A DNA stretch of 63,708 nt, counting the filler, from Lenisia limosa (Eukaryota; Protista; Breviatea), in NCBI GenBank assembly GCA_001655205.1. It is 13 parts of 13 records of this genome, joined end to end, with 100 filler letters (N's around TTAATTAATTAA, not from the genome) between each part and the next. Parts side by side here need not be neighbours in the genome. Positions count along the whole stretch, not along the records: positions 59,059 to 63,708 come from LPNZ01009997.1; 12 more parts are not named here. The stretch is one strand, 5' to 3'. Below are positions 62,032-63,708 of the stretch, one piece after another. Made by a program: the position numbers and the translations under genes. The stretch's first letter is position 1. Every line of letters begins with the position of its first letter. A model generated the notes under the pieces. The model was not told the DNA's origin. It ran no database searches and saw nothing but the letters and a program-made list of their open reading frames with translations.

Positions 62032-63420
62032 ATGAGTCGAGAAGAAGGGGGGACGAAGCTCCCGTCCTTCGATCGCCCCCCTCCGGCGATCAGTGTTTCC
62101 TCATCCTCGTCGAAGCCGTCAGTCACGCCAAAGCTCCCGCCGCTCAATCTTGACAAGACCCAACAGCCACAAAAGGTTGGCTTTTATAGGTTCTTTCATG
62201 GAGGATCTTCCTGTGAAGGGTTTTCGTTGGAGTGGATGGCTTCGTCTAAGTTTTATTTTGCCTTTCTACTTCTACATAATAAAGGGTGCAGTTTGAAAAG
62301 AAATTGTGAAAATAAGGCCTCACAATTTTTGACCTTTTTTGGGAGGAGACTAATATCTTGATGATAAAAGCGAAGGGAGGAAAAGGAAAAGGCTTCACTC
62401 CGATCCAGGAAATAACTAAAATTCTAGATAAATCATCGATCAGTGACCGGGATAAGTCTTGACTTATTTTCCTTGGGAAATCACGTAGCAATCGGCCAAG
62501 ACTTATCCCGGTCTCTGTATATATCACATGGCAAATCGGTCAAGACTTATCCCGGTCTCTGTATATATCACATGGCCAATGGGTCAAGACTATCCCCATA
62601 TCAGTGGATTTTGATAGTTTACTTATCTTTTTCATATCTGGGTGAAACTCTAAATAAGGATGCTCATCGTGGACTTTTAACAAGTTATCCCGCACCCCTG
62701 TATACAATAATATAAACAAGTTTACCCATATCCTAGTGATATGATAACATGACCGGCTTTCGAAAAGTTATCATATCACTGCATGGATAAAGCACATTTG
62801 AAAATGATACAAAACGTGATACTATATTGATTTTCCTTTTATTTTATACGCCTCTACAGTGAAACAGAAATCCCTCTCACCCCACCGTTTCATAAATATT
62901 CCGTTTTCACCCCTGTACGCTGGAGTGATGGGATGCAGTGCTGCAGGAGCGACTNNNNNNNNNNNNNNNNNNNNNNNNNNNNNNNNNNNNNNNNNNNTGT
63001 GTTGTCGGCCAACAGAGTTGATTTGGGGTTTTTTTTGTTTCATAAAATTTTCAATTTTACTCCCCTGTAGGCAAGGTATCGATCCGCGTATTCGGCCCGA
63101 AACCAAGTCACGCACATCCCCAAACAAATCCCGTAAGGGGGACTAGGGGTCTCAATTTAAGGGCTCGGAGGTCTATGGGCTAAATAAAGTGGTGAGATAT
63201 TAATTTTATTATATCTGGGGTGGTTTGTGTTTATTCCAGTGTTTCCTTTTACTCCCACAGACCTTTTAACCCTCGTGTTTTTCTCGCCAACAGAGTTGAA
63301 TTATCTCCCCTCCAATATTCTTCGTCGAAATTCCTAACTCCCCTCAATGAATAATAAACTGTCCAATTCACTCCCATAGGCCCCCAAGAGCAGCAACCGC
63401 CCGCACCACAGCCAGGCTAA
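62032..63420 (+). CDS. Small Pro/Ser-rich hypothetical protein (about 3 exons seen)
   Basis: MSREEGGTKLPSFDRPPPAISVSSSSSKPSVTPKLPPLNLDKTQQPQK|GT, an internal exon at ~63070-63135, and a last exon ...PQEQQPPAPQPG*. Confidence 0.4.
62441..62600. mobile_element. MITE family B with tandemly repeated right end
   Basis: CAGTGACCGGGATAAGTCTTGAC...CAAGACTTATCCCGGTCTCTGTA, then the right arm again at ~44-bp period. Another partial copy at ~51700-51755. Confidence 0.8.
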
Positions 63421-63708
63421 CTCATGATAAAAAGTCGGTGGTTTATTGGGATAAATGAAAGATGCACTCATTGGTATGTTAAGCGTGATGATATGTAAGG
63501 CTTCAGCCAGGTTCCTGTTCCCTCCACATTATATACTGTACTATATTATGCATATGATATACTGTATATTTATGTATATTCATATTCATGATAAAAAAGT
63601 CTATTATTAGTGGAGGCATCTGATTATGATTTATTTCATCATATCTCAAATACTATATATAAATATCAATATTTTTCTAGTTTTTTGGAAAGCAAGTATG
63701 CTCTATTT

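Overview
Draft genome of an intron-dense eukaryote, probably a unicellular protist. Reconstructed exons read in the standard code with GT-AG introns. The window is not contiguous: 12 artificial spacers (TTAATTAATTAA inside N runs) join 13 unrelated scaffolds, so adjacency across a spacer means nothing. Recognisable multi-exon genes, reconstructed by eye with approximate limits, are RME-8/DNAJC13, PWP2, a CaMKK-type kinase, a class I cyclic-nucleotide phosphodiesterase, a KH-domain protein, a divergent ALG3-like mannosyltransferase, an integrin-beta-like EGF protein, GCC2/GCC3 and GLUG-type surface proteins, and a tRNA-Gly(GCC). Non-coding DNA is rich in small mobile elements: a hAT-like MITE family with 8-bp TSDs, a Tc1/mariner-like MITE family, a long-TIR foldback and other TIR elements. 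The most unusual signal is a ~130-160 nt repeat with about 14 copies in at least seven scaffolds. It has no TIRs, lies on the sense strand of the host gene wherever that can be determined, and sits at or just upstream of an intron 3' splice site, apparently supplying the branch-point/C-tract. Introns also show stacked 3'-splice-site-like motifs, G-runs after donors and C-runs before acceptors. No database searches were run; all family calls are motif recognition from memory.
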